Below are positions 25,882 to 42,450 of a stretch of DNA of 64,000 nt, one piece after another. The stretch's first letter is position 1, and every line of letters begins with the position of its first letter. The DNA lies in NCBI RefSeq assembly GCF_009834535.1, contig NC_045717.1, forward strand, positions 22,134,001-22,198,000, read 5' to 3'. The notes under the pieces were generated by a model, which was not told the DNA's origin, did no database searches, and saw only the letters and a program-made list of their open reading frames with translations. The translations under genes and the position numbers were made by a program. Source of the DNA: Camelus ferus (taxonomy: Eukaryota).

Positions 25882-28881
25882 TCACTCCACCTCCATCCTG
25901 TCCCTCACCTCTGCCGGCAGCCCCTCATAAAGGGTGTCCTCCACCAGTATCCCTGCCTTCTTGAGCCCTCCACAGTGGCCGAGTTCTTCAGGCAGTGCTT
26001 CCAGCCGGTTGCCCTTGAGTTCTAGGCGGCTGAGGGCCCTGAGGGCCCCCACCTGGGGCGAGAGCTGGCGCAGGTGGTTGTATCCGAGGAGCAATGTCCG
26101 CAGCTTGCGGCAGGAGAAGAGCTCATCGGGCAGGAACTCCAGGGCATTGTAGGAGAGAGCCAGGTGCTGCAGGTTCTGGAGGAGGCCCAGCTCGGCTGGC
26201 AGGGAGCGCAGCCCATTGTGGGAGACGTCCAGCAGGCGGAGGCCGGAGCACATGCCCAGCTGCGGGGGCAGGGTCTCCAGCTTGTTGTGGTTGAGATAGA
26301 GCTGTTCGAGGCCCCGGAGCTTCCTCACGTGCTCGGGAACGTAGGCAATCTGGTTGTGCCACAGCCGGAGCGTGACCAGCTTGCGGCAGTGCTGGAAACT
26401 GAGAATCTCCTCGATGGACCGCAGGTGGTTGTCCTTGAGGTCGAGTTCCTGCAGTGCGCCCAGACTGAAGACGGCGTGGGGGATGCGCTCCAGCCCGCAG
26501 GCCACCAGCTCCAGCTCCCGAAGCACCGCCAGCTTCTTGAGGCTGTTCAGTGCCAGCAGGCGGGCCCCATCATTGTGCAGGCTGAGCCGTTGCAGGTGCC
26601 CAGCCACGTCGGTCACGCTGGCTGGCACCTTACCGGCGTTGCTCCGCAGAGACAGCACCTTCAGCTGCTTCAGCTCCCGGAGGCTCTCGAGGGTCGCCGC
26701 CCGGGCCAGCTCCGGGGGGAAGAGCCCCTCCAAATGCAACTCGTCCAGGCCCCGCAGTCCGAACACCCAGAGGGGCACCTCGCGGAGCTCCTCGCACTTG
26801 ACCCGGATGACTTTCAGGCGGTCCCGCAGGAAAACCTGGGAGGAGAAGGGCAGCCTGGCAGGTGAGTGGAGCAGGCTGAGCTCCTGCAGGTGCACCAGCT
26901 GCAAGAGGCCCGGGGGGAAGGTGATGTCACAGATGGCCTCCAGCCGCAGTGCCTCCAGCTCGCTGAGCTCGAAGACCGTGTCAGGCAGTCCTGGGAGCAT
27001 GCAGAGGGCCAGCTCCAGCCGGCCCCGGGCGTTGCGCTGCAGTTTCTGCCGCAGTTTCTCAGCTGTCCACTCGTGGTTGAGGTTGAGCTGTTTCAGGCGG
27101 CTTTCGCTGACCTCAGAGAGGAAGACAGCAAAGCGCTTCGAGTAAAGCGAGTCGTACTGGTCAATGAGGTGCAGCATGAAAGCAAAGTCGTTCTTCACGT
27201 CGGGGATGTCCCCCATGCCCGTCTCCTCCCGCACAGACCGGAAGGAATACTCCTTGAGGGGCCGGTGGAAAAGCCAGTAGAGCGTGTAGAGGCAGGTGAT
27301 GCCATAGACGCACACGAAGGAGATGTAGCAGAAAGCCAGCTTGGAGAAGAGGTGGGCTTTGGTGTGGTTACAGCAGAAGCTGGCGTAGCCCGTGACCTCT
27401 GAGGTCTCCACCCTGCAGGCCACCAGGAAGCTGATCTTCTCCACGTAGACAAGGTTGTAGACCAGGATGGCAAAGAACTTGCAGACCTTGAGCACCATCT
27501 GCCGGATGTACATGGTGTACAAGATGTCCCCCTCTTCCACATGCACGCGGAATTTCTTGACCTTCTCGAACAGGGCTTTGGCCTGCTCACCCTCCTTCTT
27601 GTCCAGCAGGGTGACAGCTGGTGGCTCAGTCACCACCTTCTCGGGCTCCACCAGCACCTTCTCCTTCTCGCCCTCACCAGCCTTCCCCGGCCCGGCTGCA
27701 GCTGCCACGGTTACCATTGCCCGCCCAGCGGTGGGGCCCTTGTGGTTCTCCCCAGAGACCTCAGACAGGGCCCGCGTGGTCCACGGTGAGTCAAAACACT
27801 TGCCCAGGATGGAGATGAAGTGCTCAATCTTGGAGCTGGTGCCAGGGAATTTGAACCAGAAGCTGGTGCAGACCATGAAGATGAGTGTGTGGATGACGAC
27901 CAGGTAGGGGAAGTACTTGGCATACCAGTGGAGGGCCGTCTCATAGCAGAGCTGGTTAATGAAGCTGTACTGCTGCAGGTCCAGGTTGTTCTTGAGGCCG
28001 CTCACCTCCCGGAGGTCCCCCATCTGCTCCGAGACCCCCCGAGGCAGCAGTTGCTGGCATGGGGCCTCCGATAAGTTCTCCCGGGGTTCGTGACTGGGCA
28101 GACAGATGATCTTGTCCTGAGTCACCTGGGGATGGGGGAGAGGCCAAAAGAAGGTGAAGAGGCTGGGTGGCCCAGGAAGTTGCAGCAGGGTGGAGGGGAG
28201 GAAGCAGGCTGAAGGCAGAAGTGGCCCCGATCAATCCCCAACTGTCCCCAGCTGGCTGTGACTTTGGAGGAGTCAATAAAGCTCTTAGCATCAGACTTTA
28301 TCTGAAAAAAAGAGCCAGGTTAACTGTGTCCCTGGAAAAGATGTTGAAGTCCTAACCCCCAATACCTGTGAATGTGGCCTTGTTTGGAAATAGCCTTTGC
28401 AGAGCAGATGTAATCAAGTTAAGGTGAGGTCGTTGGGGTGGGACCTAACCCAATAGGACTTTGTCCTTATGAAAGGTAGAAATTTGGACACAGAGACAGA
28501 GACGCACGGACACACACACAGAGGGAAAAAGCTCTGAAGATACAATGAGAATGTCCTTTATAAACCAAGGAATACCAGAGGCCACCAGAATCTAGAAGAG
28601 AGGCATGGAGCACATTCGCCTGCCTCTCCTGTCAACACTTAGAGTTCAGACATCCAGTCTGTACAACTGTGAGACCATAACGGGGAAGACTTCCGGAACC
28701 CAAGCCCCGCCCCCTAGAGACCCCGCCCCGCCCCGCCCCTTACCTGGAGGGTGCAGCCGAAGACCCCGATCATGAGCATAGCCACCGTGAGGTACTCGGC
28801 CAGCACGTCCCACCAGGGTTTGAGCACCTTGAAGGCGGGCTGCTGCTCCGTGAACTGCTTGAACTCTGCCACGGGAATCAT
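25882..28881 (-). CDS. LRRC8E: Volume-regulated anion channel subunit LRRC8E, 793 aa
   Basis: Exon 28744-28881 ([46 protein letters not shown]) joined in phase 0 to 25882-28125 ([10 protein letters not shown]..., pannexin-like transmembrane region, FWFKFP, C-terminal LRRs). Confidence 0.98.
28314..28680 (+). mobile_element. MLT1B/C-like MaLR solo LTR in LRRC8E intron
   Basis: gatgttgaagtcctaaccccc...tttggaaatag...gaaatttggacacagagac...aactgtgagaccataa follows the MLT1 consensus. Confidence 0.85.
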
Positions 28882-30467
28882 CCTGTCTACGGGAGCGCCT
28901 GTGGGAGAGCAGGAAGCAGCGAGAGAGACCCTCAGAAGGGCGCGCCTGGTGCTGGGTCCCCAGAAGAGCCAGACACAGTCCTCTGCTCCCAGTCCGTGCT
29001 CCACCCTGCCCAAATCTGGCAGAACCCACAAGCTGCGTGCTCCCGTCCCCTCCCCGCCCCCCACCAGACCTCCGGGAGGCCAGCGACTGCGGGCCTCACC
29101 CCCTCTGCTTCCTGGGACCCCTGCTTGCCCTCTCAGAGCTCAGGAGGGGCAGTCCACGGGGCCCCTGCCCCACAGCTTGCCCGTGTGGCCTTCGCCCGGA
29201 ACCCAGGCATCTCCTCCCACTCTTGACGCCAATCCCGAAACACTGGCTCTGCTTCTCTGACTCCAGACACCCGGTAGTCAGGCGGCCAGCCCAGGCTCTC
29301 TCCACCACAGGCCCAGAGAGAGTCCAGAGGCTAAGGACTTCCGGGGCGTGGGGCCCCCCCACCGCCTTCAGGGGCGCTCTGGGCACCACCTCCAACCTCC
29401 AACCGGAAAAGCCGGCTGGAGCCTGGCTCTGGTTACGGGCCCCAGGGGCAGGGAGTGGAGAAGCTGAAGGCCGGTCAGCCCTCGGGGGTGGTGACAGTGA
29501 CTGGGACACCTGGATTTCTAGAGGGGCTAGTGTCTAGAATCTGAGGCAGAAAACCGAGACCTGGGCTCTGAGAGGCAGGGCAGGAGAGTGCTAGGATGGG
29601 CCGAGGGGCAGAGGAGCAGGAAGTGGAAAACTCTCAGGGGAAAAGCCAGGGTGACACCTAGGACTGGGACAGGGCTGGGCTGCCAGGCTCCTGGGCGGCC
29701 GGCCCACTCTGTCTGTCCCTGGGTTTCATTTTAGACCAAGGTATCATTATTCCAGATACAGACAGCCAGGCACAAGTCACATAGGGGCGTGGGCCATGTG
29801 CTGGGACGTCATCCTCCCAGGCAGGCAGGTGGGGAGCCTCATTCTCTCTCCCTGAGACTGGAGGGGGAAGGAGAAGGAGGCAGCGAGGCCCCCACTGCCT
29901 CCGAGGAGGCTCCTAGGCCGGTCCGTCCCTCCCAGCATCCATGCTCTCCAATATGCAGTTTTCTCACACAGCCTGCTGTCCTCATCCTGACAGCCTGTCA
30001 CTGGGCACGCACTGGCCAAGGAAGGGAGGTATCTGGGCCACCAGCGGGTCCTCCAGCCTCCCACCCATCTCCTGGGGGGAACCTGGCCCATGTCCCACAC
30101 CTCAGCCAATTGCTCTGAAACCTCTATGCCTCTCTTTTGGTCCCCATAACCCTTGAAGGCCTTAGGGGCTACTCCTGAGTGAGGACAAGGTGGGGGTGGG
30201 CAGGAATATAGGATGTAGGCCCCACCCACCAGGATGAGAGCAGACAGTCCACCACACCCCTTAATCCCATCAGAGGCTCCCACCTCTGTCCCAGGGATGG
30301 CGTGCAAGGGACAGGGACACACCTGCACACACCCTGTGTCCCTGGGGCCCCGACTCAAGCCCTGACTCATCCATCACCAGGCTCACGCAAGGGGGTACAC
30401 AGAAGAGCACAGGACTCCTCACCCAGTGGCCCATCCCTCACGCTGTTTCTTGTCCTGTCCTAAACAA

Positions 30468-30562
30468 GGGGGTAGGAGAGTATAACTCAGTGTTAGAGTG
30501 CATGCTTAGTATGCATGAGATCCTAGGTTCAGTCCCCAGTACCTCCATTAAAAAAAAGAAAT
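30468..30562 (+). mobile_element. Camelid-type tRNA-derived SINE (Vic-1-like)
   Basis: gagtataactcagtgttagagtgcatgcttagtatgcatgagatcctaggttcagtccccagtacctccatt plus A-tail. A- and B-box-like motifs; near-identical flanks TGTCCTAAACAA (30456-30467) and TGTCCTAACCAA (30563-30574) look like a target-site duplication. Confidence 0.8.
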
Positions 30563-32354
30563 TGTCCTAACCAACAAGGAGAGTAAAGATGCCCAGTGCA
30601 TCACAGTCTTAGGCACCGGGGAATCTGGAAGAAATACACCCAGGGCAGCTCAGCAGCCCTCAGGGGCCAAATTGCAGCCACCAAAACGGACACATGGGGG
30701 CGTTCTAGAGCATGCATATCAGTGTCTGTCTGTGTATGAAGTGCAAGGACACACTGAGCTGAGGGGAGACCCAGGATCAAGGAGCCAGCCATATGCCCCC
30801 TTCCAGTGCTGGCTACCTGTCCCTTCAAGGGATGCTGCTCCACTGCTCAACTGCAGAATGGTAACTCTGGGGCTGTGGCAGACTTGCCAGACAGATGGGC
30901 AGGGACCAACTTCTTCAGACCCCCGTGTCCCTGCCACCCATCAGGACCCATCTCGAAATGGAGGAAGGTCTGCCACTGACCATCCTGGGTCCACAATTAA
31001 AGACAAGAAAGCAGAGACACCCAGGGTCCCCAGCGGATGGCCTAGAGTCTCCCTTGGAACAAGGTGTATACACAAGAGCATCAGAGGCAGACATGGGGTT
31101 ATCATTATCTGTCTCCGTGACTCAGTCTCGGTCATCCCAAACCTACCATTAAGCTTCCGCAGACACAGGCTGACCCCCCTTTGTCTAAACAGGGCTGGTG
31201 GGAGGGCTCAGGGAGAAGGGTTCATGGGGGCATGGAGACAGAGAACTTAACTTACGGCCACTAGACCCTCAGTGCCTCATTTTATCCCTGGGATGTAGGG
31301 ACACTCTTTCTCCAGACTTGGGGTAGTAAAATAACCTATTGAAGATATCACAGCTACAAGTGACATCTGAGGTGGGACCCCCAAGTCCCCTCTGTCTGAC
31401 TGCCTGTGCTGCTCCATGCTGAGTGAGGACGTCTGGCTGAGATGAAGCATCTTTGCCAAAAGAACCTCATAAAGGGGTTCCTTCCGGCAGACAAGAGATG
31501 GTGTGGGGGATGGCTGCTCTGCACACCAGGCTGGGGTGTCTTTGTTGGACTGAGACCGGGTACAGGCCCCTGCTCAGCCTTAGCTCCACCCACCCATGCC
31601 TCCACTTGCTGCTTCTCTCTCAGGCCCTCCCCCAGTCCCCAGCTAGCCTCCAGACACACAGGTGGTGGCGGTGGTGGGTGCTCCTGGTCTAGCCGCCCCC
31701 TCCCCGCCCCGTCCCCACCCACAGGCCATGCTAAGGGACAAAGAAGAAACAGTGACATTTGTCAGCCCTGCAACTGTCCTTGGAGGGCACAAGGTCCAAC
31801 TTTTGACTTTTACACAAGGGAGAAAGTGTGGCCTGGGTTGGGGATGGTGGCCCAGTAGTCACAGATCCTGTTCTGGGACCCAGGCCTGGGGACTTATAAC
31901 CTAGTAGTTTTCCAAGTTGCCCTGCCAGGGCTTAGGGGTCCGGAGTCAGACCGGGGAGTCAAGTCTCAGAAGGGACAGCCTGGTGAGGCCCCCACGTGGT
32001 AGGAGCCTGCAGAGTTGAAGGGCTCACAGGGATGAGTTAGCAGCAGCGGAGGAGAGGGAAAAAACATGGTGAAGACTCCCAGAGTGGACCCCAACCTGTT
32101 GATCTTCACTCCGTCCTTGGCCAGGCCTGCTGGGCTCCCTGGACAGGCGCCCTGGGGCTGGCCAGAGCCGGGCCTCTCTCTGCCCGTGTCCCCACTTCCA
32201 CCCCTCCACCCCACCCTTCCCCGGCTCCTTGTGTGCCCTGGAGGCAGGCGTTGGGCTCAGGTCACAGTGCCAGCCGCACCTGGGGCCGACCTCCCGTGGT
32301 TCAGATCCTCACCCCACAAGCCCAGTCCCCAGGGGCGGAGAGTCACCCACTCAC

Positions 32355-32620
32355 CGCACAGGCCGGATGCTGGTTCCAACTGTTGTGTCCCTGGGACCCG
32401 CGCGGCCCGGACTCCCGCAGAGTTCCCGGGCCAGGCTGGGTGAGTCAGGGCGGGCGGGCGGGAGGAACAGGAGGCGGGAGCCGTCCCGCCCCGCCCACCG
32501 GGCGTCTCGGCCCCGCCTCCCTTCGGGCGCTCCCAGGTCGCCCTCGACTCCTGGCACTGCGGGATCGTGGCGGGGAGGACGATCCTCATCCTGATGTACC
32601 CGACGTGGGCAAGGGGCTGG
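32355..32620 (-). promoter_or_regulatory. LRRC8E: Probable LRRC8E promoter and non-coding exon 1
   Basis: CpG-rich patch with GC boxes, AP-1 site TGAGTCA at 32441-32447, and a - strand donor GCG|GTGAGT at 32355/32354. Confidence 0.55.
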
Positions 32621-33729
32621 TCAGAGGAGCCGAGGGCCTTAGAACTCTGGGCTCTGCTGCAGTGGGGCGGACCTGGTGTGGGGAGAGGTGTGGAAACTGA
32701 GGGGGGCTGGAGGCGCTGGGCTCCCAAAATCAACCTGTGGGCACCCTTCTGGGAGCCAGGCTGTATCGATCCTGTCAAGAACGCGTGAAAGTCCTCCTCC
32801 TCCCTTCACCTCCAGGTGCAGAGCCACCTGGCCTCAAGGCTCAATCAAGGAACCAGTGACCAGGGCCCAGGGGAAGCTGGGCAGAGTAGGGGCTGACCCT
32901 GCCCAGCCTTGAGGCCAGCCCTCCAATGGGGGAGGAGAGGGAGCAAGCTGCTCCCAGGTCCTGGTCGAGGGTGGGCTCAGAGGTCAGAGGGCTTGGTGAG
33001 CTGGGGCTAGAGTCCAGTCTGGGAGGCCGGCTTCTCAAAGGGAGACTGCCTCCCCACCCCCACGATTTCCTCCCCACCCTCAGAGGCCTGGGCTGGGTCT
33101 TAGACAAGCCGTTTTTGACCTTGATCTGCTCTGCCTGCAAAACTCAGGGGAGAGGGGACATGGACCAGGTCGGGTGAGTGAGACCCCCTCTCCCAGGGGG
33201 AAAAGAAACCCAGGAGTTCACCAGATCAGAGGCAGTCTGAACCTTGAGGGCTGGGACCCCCTGAACTTAGGCTCCTCTGTGAAACCCTGCAATGAGCATG
33301 GCCCTTGGAGAAATCCCTGTGGGTTCGACCACAGGCAGCCCAAAGATAAACCTTCATTGTGTGGACAAGATAAGCAGAACCACCTTCTCTCTCAAAGCGT
33401 CTGCTCTAGTTGGGAGTGTGTGCGCGTCCTCAGGAGACAGATGGTAAGAATGCAAACAAATGAAGGAACAAGATAATGTCAGTTTGTGTCAAATGTGACA
33501 GTATATAACAAAGTGAGGTGAAATGAAGTGGTAGTAAGGCCCAGGACTTTTTTAGACAAATAGTTTCTTTCTCTTTTTCTAGCCTTGGGAGAAACTCCTT
33601 GAGGTCCATACCCTGGGGTTTTGTTTCCAGCTTTATGCTGGGCTGAGTGTCCTGTTACACACCACTTTGTCCACTTGTGCAAGTCTCTGAGGCCACGGGA
33701 ATCGAAGCCCCATGAGCCCCAGTCACATG

Positions 33730-33812
33730 TCTCTTCTGCTCCTCACCGTGTCCCCAAGCCCTCGGGTTGGTGCCCGGCACACAGTGGGCATTCAGTCAGT
33801 GATGGATGGATG
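33730..33812 (+). mobile_element. L2 LINE 3' end fragment
   Basis: ctcaccgtgtccccaagccc...gtgcccggcacacagtgggcattcagtcagtgatggatggatg. Confidence 0.6.
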
Positions 33813-33884
33813 CTTGAGGTGTTGTCTAAGTTTGGGCTCTTCTAGATGCAGACACTGAGGTGAGGAATTGGAGGCAAATAGTTT

Positions 33885-34200
33885 CTCTAGAAGGTGATCT
33901 CAGGAAATATTAATGGTAAGGCAATGGGGAAGAGAAGGAAGCGAGTAAATGTTAATGAGAGTGCATTAATGGGAGTGAATGAGCAGGTTGCCACTGTGGG
34001 GGCCTGGGCTCCACTGTGCTGGAGAGCTCTGGGAGATGGAGGACACACCTCCAAGTTGTCCCACTCCAGAGGCGAGGGAGTTGAAGCATTGATGCACCAG
34101 CTCCTGTCTGTCATGGCTGAAGGATGCTCTGGAGAAGGGGATGGAGGGAGCATTAACTCCCAGGAACTTCTGACTTTCCCTGCATGTGGGGACTGTAGGT
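33885..34200 (-). mobile_element. LTR33-like ERVL LTR fragment
   Basis: gaaggtgatctcaggaa...gcaggttgccactgtggg...gcattaactcccaggaactt resembles LTR33 as I remember it. Confidence 0.6.
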
Positions 34201-34371
34201 ACTCAGGGAATACAGGGGAGGCTATAGGGCACTTGCCACAGGTGTAGACATTTGAGTGCAATGTCTGGGTCATATGACACATGTACAACGCTTTTCAATT
34301 GTTCTCCAGAAAGACTGTCCACTTTACATTCCATTGGCAGTTTGTGAGTTTTCCTACATTGGTACTATCCA

Positions 34372-34735
34372 GGCTTTTAAACAATTGTGGTAAAACANNN
34401 NNNNNNNNNNNNNNNNNNNNNNNNNNNNNNNNNNNNNNNNNNNNNNNNNNNNNNNNNNNNNNNNNNNNNNNNNNNNNNNNNNNNNNNNNNNNNNNNNNNN
34501 NNNNNNNNNNNNNNNNNNNNNNNNNNNNACTCTGTCCCCACTAAACACAAATTCCCCGTCCCTCTCCCTCACTCTGACACCCACCATTGGACCATCCATC
34601 TTTATGAATTCCAGCCCTCTAGGGACCTCATATAAGTGGAATCACAGTGGCTGCACCATTTTACATTTCCATCAAAAGTACGTTCCAGTTTCTCCACATT
34701 CTCACCAACACTTGATATTTAATACCCAATTTTTA
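34372..34735 (-). mobile_element. L1M LINE 3' fragment, interrupted by a 131-N gap (34398-34528)
   Basis: ttgtggtaaaaca..., acctcatataagtggaatcaca, gctgcaccattttacatttccatc, ttctccacattctcaccaacacttg are typical antisense L1MB/MC 3'UTR text. Confidence 0.8.
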
Positions 34736-34751
34736 AGGTTCTGTGAGCCTA

Positions 34752-34875
34752 AGGTAGTTATCTGCTGCTGTGTAACAAACTACCCCCAAACCTAGCAGCT
34801 TAAGACAACAAGCATTTATTGTCTCACATAGTTTCTGAAGGTCAGGAATCAGAGAGACTACAATGGGTGGTTCAA
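34752..34875 (-). mobile_element. MLT1 (older subfamily) LTR fragment
   Basis: gttatctgctgctgtgtaacaaactaccccc...cttaagacaacaagcatttattgtctcaca...ggtcaggaatc. Confidence 0.75.
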
Positions 34876-35229
34876 CAGTCCTTCTCCCCCATCAGCCACG
34901 TTTTTACACCCCCAGAACCCCCCCCCCCATAATCTTATCCCCTCTCCAAAGCCCAGCTCTCCCAGAAAGCCTTTGCTGACTTGACTTCATGTGACTTGGG
35001 AGGGTGTGGAGAGTGGGGGTGCTCTGCCTTGCAGAAGGCTGGGTCATCTCTCACGATAAGGTGGTCTCTCTCCCTCTCATCCTTCCTTTCTTCCTCTCTT
35101 CCCCCAAACCGGGGGTCTACCCCTACATTCCCAGGACTGCATTCTCCCACCACTGTCCGTACCCCAACCAGGTAGGGGGTTTCCGGGGGTCTGTGAAAAG
35201 CTTTTAGGTTTTAGGTTTTAGTTCTCCCC

Positions 35230-35950
35230 TCCGAGAACTCTGAGGGGGTCCGCCTCCGCGGTCGCAAAGGCAAGGACAGGGCCAAGGACACCGACCGGCC
35301 AGATTGGTTGATTGGGCACAAGACGCGATGGTCCAGCCCCCTGGTTGCCAAGGCTCAGCCTATCTGCGTCCAGGCGGGTCTTGGTCGCCAGGTGGTTGGG
35401 GTGGGGGCCCCGGCAGGTGTGGGTCTGTGGCAGGAGGTGGGGAGGAAGGTTAGGCCAGGTCGGGGACCTCAAGGGATTTCCCCTAAAGCTCCTCTGTTTG
35501 GGTGCCTGGGGTCCTTAGGCGCAGCCTCAGAGAAGCCACCCCTCCCTCCTACGCGCGCTCCCCTCTACTCGGCGCGCTCCCGCCTCCGCCTCCCGGGTCT
35601 GCATCCAGCGCGTTCCCTTCTCCCTTGCCCGCAGCCGAGGGGCGGGCCCGCTTCCCCGCGCCGCCGCCCACTTCCCTCGCTTGCCCTTCGCTCGCGGCCC
35701 GCCGCTGAGCTCCCACTCGGCCCCACCCCAGGCTACCCAGCGCGGAGCGGCGGGAGGCCGGAGCCCGAGGTGAGCTCGGCGCGAGCAGGTGGACGGGCGG
35801 CGCGGCCCAGGGCCCAGCTGGGGGAGGGGACGAGCTCGGGAAGCGGGTCTTTGTCTCCCCGAGTCCGTTCGCGGGCAGCCGGGGCCGCTCCTCCTCCCGG
35901 CAGGTGTCTGCATCCCTCAGGGAGGCCCGGGGCGGCGCTGGGGCCTGGCA
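35230..35950 (+). promoter_or_regulatory. PRR36: CpG island / PRR36 promoter and non-coding exon 1
   Basis: CpG-dense; donor GAG|GTGAGC at 35769/35770; exon 2 acceptor at 36328/36329. Confidence 0.6.
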
Positions 35951-36308
35951 AGGAGTCCTGGGCGTGCTCTCCCGTCCCTCTCATCTGGAACCTGTGGCAG
36001 ACCCCTGTCCCCGAGGATGGTGGTCAGGTTCCCCGAGGGGATGAGGGGGTGGATTTCGGATCAGGAAAGGGAGATGAGGCGGGAGAGGGAGGTGGGCTGA
36101 GGCAGGCTGGGCCTGGAGGAAGGCGGTGAGAGCAGGACTTGGGGACAGCCGTGAGCAGCTGCGATGGTGAGCCGTGGGTGGGTGGGAAGGAAGTGGACAG
36201 AGGCAGAGGTTTGGGCGCTCATGGGTGGCGACCCTGGGGAAGGAGCCGAGAGGTGCCAGGACCCAGGTCCCTGCAGGCAGTGCAGAGGTCCAGGACCTCG
36301 GATGCTGA

Positions 36309-39811
<3,503 letters not shown>

Positions 39812-40039
39812 GCCAGACCCTCAGGTTACACCTCTTTGTCTTAGATCTCTCCCTCTCCTCTCTTGGAGTCCCCCTCCCAGTGGATTGGTCTCAGCCCGCT
39901 AGAGCCCTAGAATTTTGGTCCACCCTTGCGACTCACCCACATCTTTGGCCAAAAGCCCTCCCCTCAAGCCCTGCCCCTCCCTCGGCCTAGGCCCTACGGG
40001 TGTCCAGTGTTTTGTCTACCACGCGCAGCCCTAGTTTCC

Positions 40040-40045
40040 AATAAA
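40040..40045 (+). terminator. PRR36: PRR36 polyadenylation signal
   Basis: AATAAA about 230 nt after the stop codon. Confidence 0.7.
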
Positions 40046-42039
40046 GCTGGAAAACTGAAGCCTGTGCACTTTCGCCTTCGCAGTCGCAGACTGAGGAAGC
40101 CCTGTTGGAGCTGACGGCGGGGCTGTGCAGGGCTGGGCCAGGCTGTGCTGGCAGCTGTTCGCGAGCAGGTTGTAGCTCTGGTTGAAGGCCTTCCGTGCAC
40201 TCCGCAGCCGTGGGTCTTTTCCACTAAGGACAGGGGTGCGCGAGGAGGGGCTGGGGTGCGACTGGACGATGCTGAGTCCCGGCCCAGCGAGGCGCACCCA
40301 CCCGCATGCGGGAACGTAGGCTTTTTCATGCCCGGCTTCTGATGGAAATGTTAGGTGCAGGAGGGGCCCAGGTGGTGCTGCGCGACCAAGTGGATGAGCT
40401 GGGGCGTGGCCAGATGACCAAGCTCTCTTCCCACGCCAGGCCAGGGGAGCCGGCACTCCTGGGGGTAGGGGAAGACACGTGGGAAAGGTTTGCTTGAATC
40501 CCAGGAGAGGGTGAGGGGGCCCCTTCCTGAGGTCCTTCCTTACAGTGTGCACCCCCTTACTTTGCATGCCCTGGGGTATGGGAAGGAGATAGGGGTGGCC
40601 TGACATTGATGGCAATCTCAGGTCCCTCCAGAGCCTCCAACCAGGGTGCACTGCCTTCTGCTTGCCAAGGAGACTGCAATGCAAAGGGCAGGCCTGCAGG
40701 TGGGTCCAGAGCTCATAAAGAGGATTCCCTGCCTTCTAGGCAGACTCACTAGGAGGGGCCTGCTGGAAGGAGCAAACTCTCCCAAGGCTGGGTGGGAGAT
40801 CGGGCAGTCCTCCCCTTGTCCACTCCTCTCCAGGTGCCCTCACCATGCCCCCCTGTGCCTCCCAACCTTGGGCTTCATCCTTCACCCCAACCTAGGGTGT
40901 CCTCCCCAAACCCCTCCAGCCAGGCATCCTTGCCTCTGCCCCAGAGTCAAGGGTCCTCACCAGAGCCAACCCATGTCTTCACTTGCCTCCCCCAGTCTGA
41001 ATTCCTTCCCTTCCTCCCACAGTTCTGTCCCCCTGATCCTGGATCCCTCAAACCCCAGCCCTGGGCCCTCCTTCTTCCCAAGTGCCCCTGTGAGAAACAC
41101 CCCTCGCCCTGGGTCTTCTTCCCTCCCTGAAGGTGTCCTGCTTCACACCAAGAACGATGAAGGCCTAAGGGGAACCACAATCCTCGGGCAGGTAGGACAG
41201 AGCAGAACCCTGTGTCAGGCCCTTAGCCCTGTCTCTGCCCCTAGACCCAGTCCCTGCAGTCCGTCCTGTAGGCGGGTTCCTGTCAGACACAAGTCGCTAA
41301 GTCCTGCCTGTTCACACCCAAGAAGTGCTGCTTCCCAATCTAGGGTCCGAAAAGAAATCGGCCCTGTCCCACTGGGACACCCCTGGGAGCCAAGTAGTGG
41401 CAAATTAGAGGTTTCCTTTCTAAGCTGGACCCCAGTGAGGAACCCAAGCGTCCTTGTTTCTAGAAGCTGAGACAAGCCCGAGGGTAGGGGGCTGACCCCT
41501 GACATGCTGGGCAGCCAGGACTCCAAGGCCAGCCCCTGAGAGAGAGCAGGGCAGAACCTCAGTTTCCCCGAGGCCCTGCCCATCCTGGGAGCCAGCCGGG
41601 TGTAGTTAGCCCATGGGAGCAGGAGAGGCAGACAGCAGCTATCAGGGCTCAGTGTTAAACCGGTGTGAGGTGTTAAGTCTGTGTGAGGGGAGTAGTGCAT
41701 GGACCCCCAGGAGCCGCTGTGTGACAGAACACTAGGTGGGACTTGGCTGTCTTGGTGTATAACCAGTGTCATCCTCTGCTGCTCGGCAAGTATCAGGCAT
41801 CAGAGTTGGTCCCACACTGGGTGTAGAGGGCAGGGCCTGGCTGGCATCTGGATGGGCCCAATTAATGTCTCCCCCTGAGAAGACCTTCCTTTGTCATCCC
41901 TGGCTCTATCCCCCTGCACTGGCTGGGACTCTGCCTCAGCTCCATGGGGAACCCCATGCAGGACACTGCCTCTCTAGGTCTTCTTCCCCCAGGGGAGCCC
42001 CCACTCACTGTCCCCGCGATCTGGTTCAGTTTTGTCTCT

Positions 42040-42450
42040 GCACTGACCCCCAACACTTCAGTCCATCTGATGGTGTCCCTGTCACCTAAGCCCTCCATGG
42101 CTCCCCAGTGCCCTCAGTTCAAAGTGGAAAGTTTCTCCTGACTAGAGAAGCCCCTTCCTGGTCTGGCCGTGCCCACACTCTCCTGTTCCTTCTTCACAGA
42201 CATCAAGTGCCTCTTGCTGGTCCCTGCCATGTCTCTTCTTTATGCTTTTGCTCTGGGAAATGGGTCCCCCACCACCTCCTCCAGGAAGCCTTCCCTGATC
42301 TTCCTATACATTCACCTATTGGGCACTTGCCACACTTGCACCCAGGCTGAGCCCCCCTAGTGTCTCTCTTCCCCACTCTGCTTGGGACCCCTCAGAGCCA
42401 GGCAAGGAGCAGAGCACCCCAAAGGCCCCAGGAAGCGTGTGCTAAATGAA
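42040..42450 (+). mobile_element. L2 LINE fragment
   Basis: ccctccatggctccccagtgccctcag...cacctcctccaggaagccttccctga are L2 3'-region hallmarks. Confidence 0.65.

Noticed and set aside
26074-27907. Several long + strand ORFs (263, 263, 178 and 146 aa) antisense to LRRC8E
   Set aside because: Mirror frames of a GC3-rich, leucine-rich CDS lack stops; no independent coding signature.
30468-30550. tRNA-gene-like sequence
   Set aside because: A/B boxes but no complete cloverleaf; the A-tail and duplicated flanks indicate a SINE.
35202-35221. TTTTAGG x3 telomere-like repeat
   Set aside because: Too short and not TTAGGG; likely chance.
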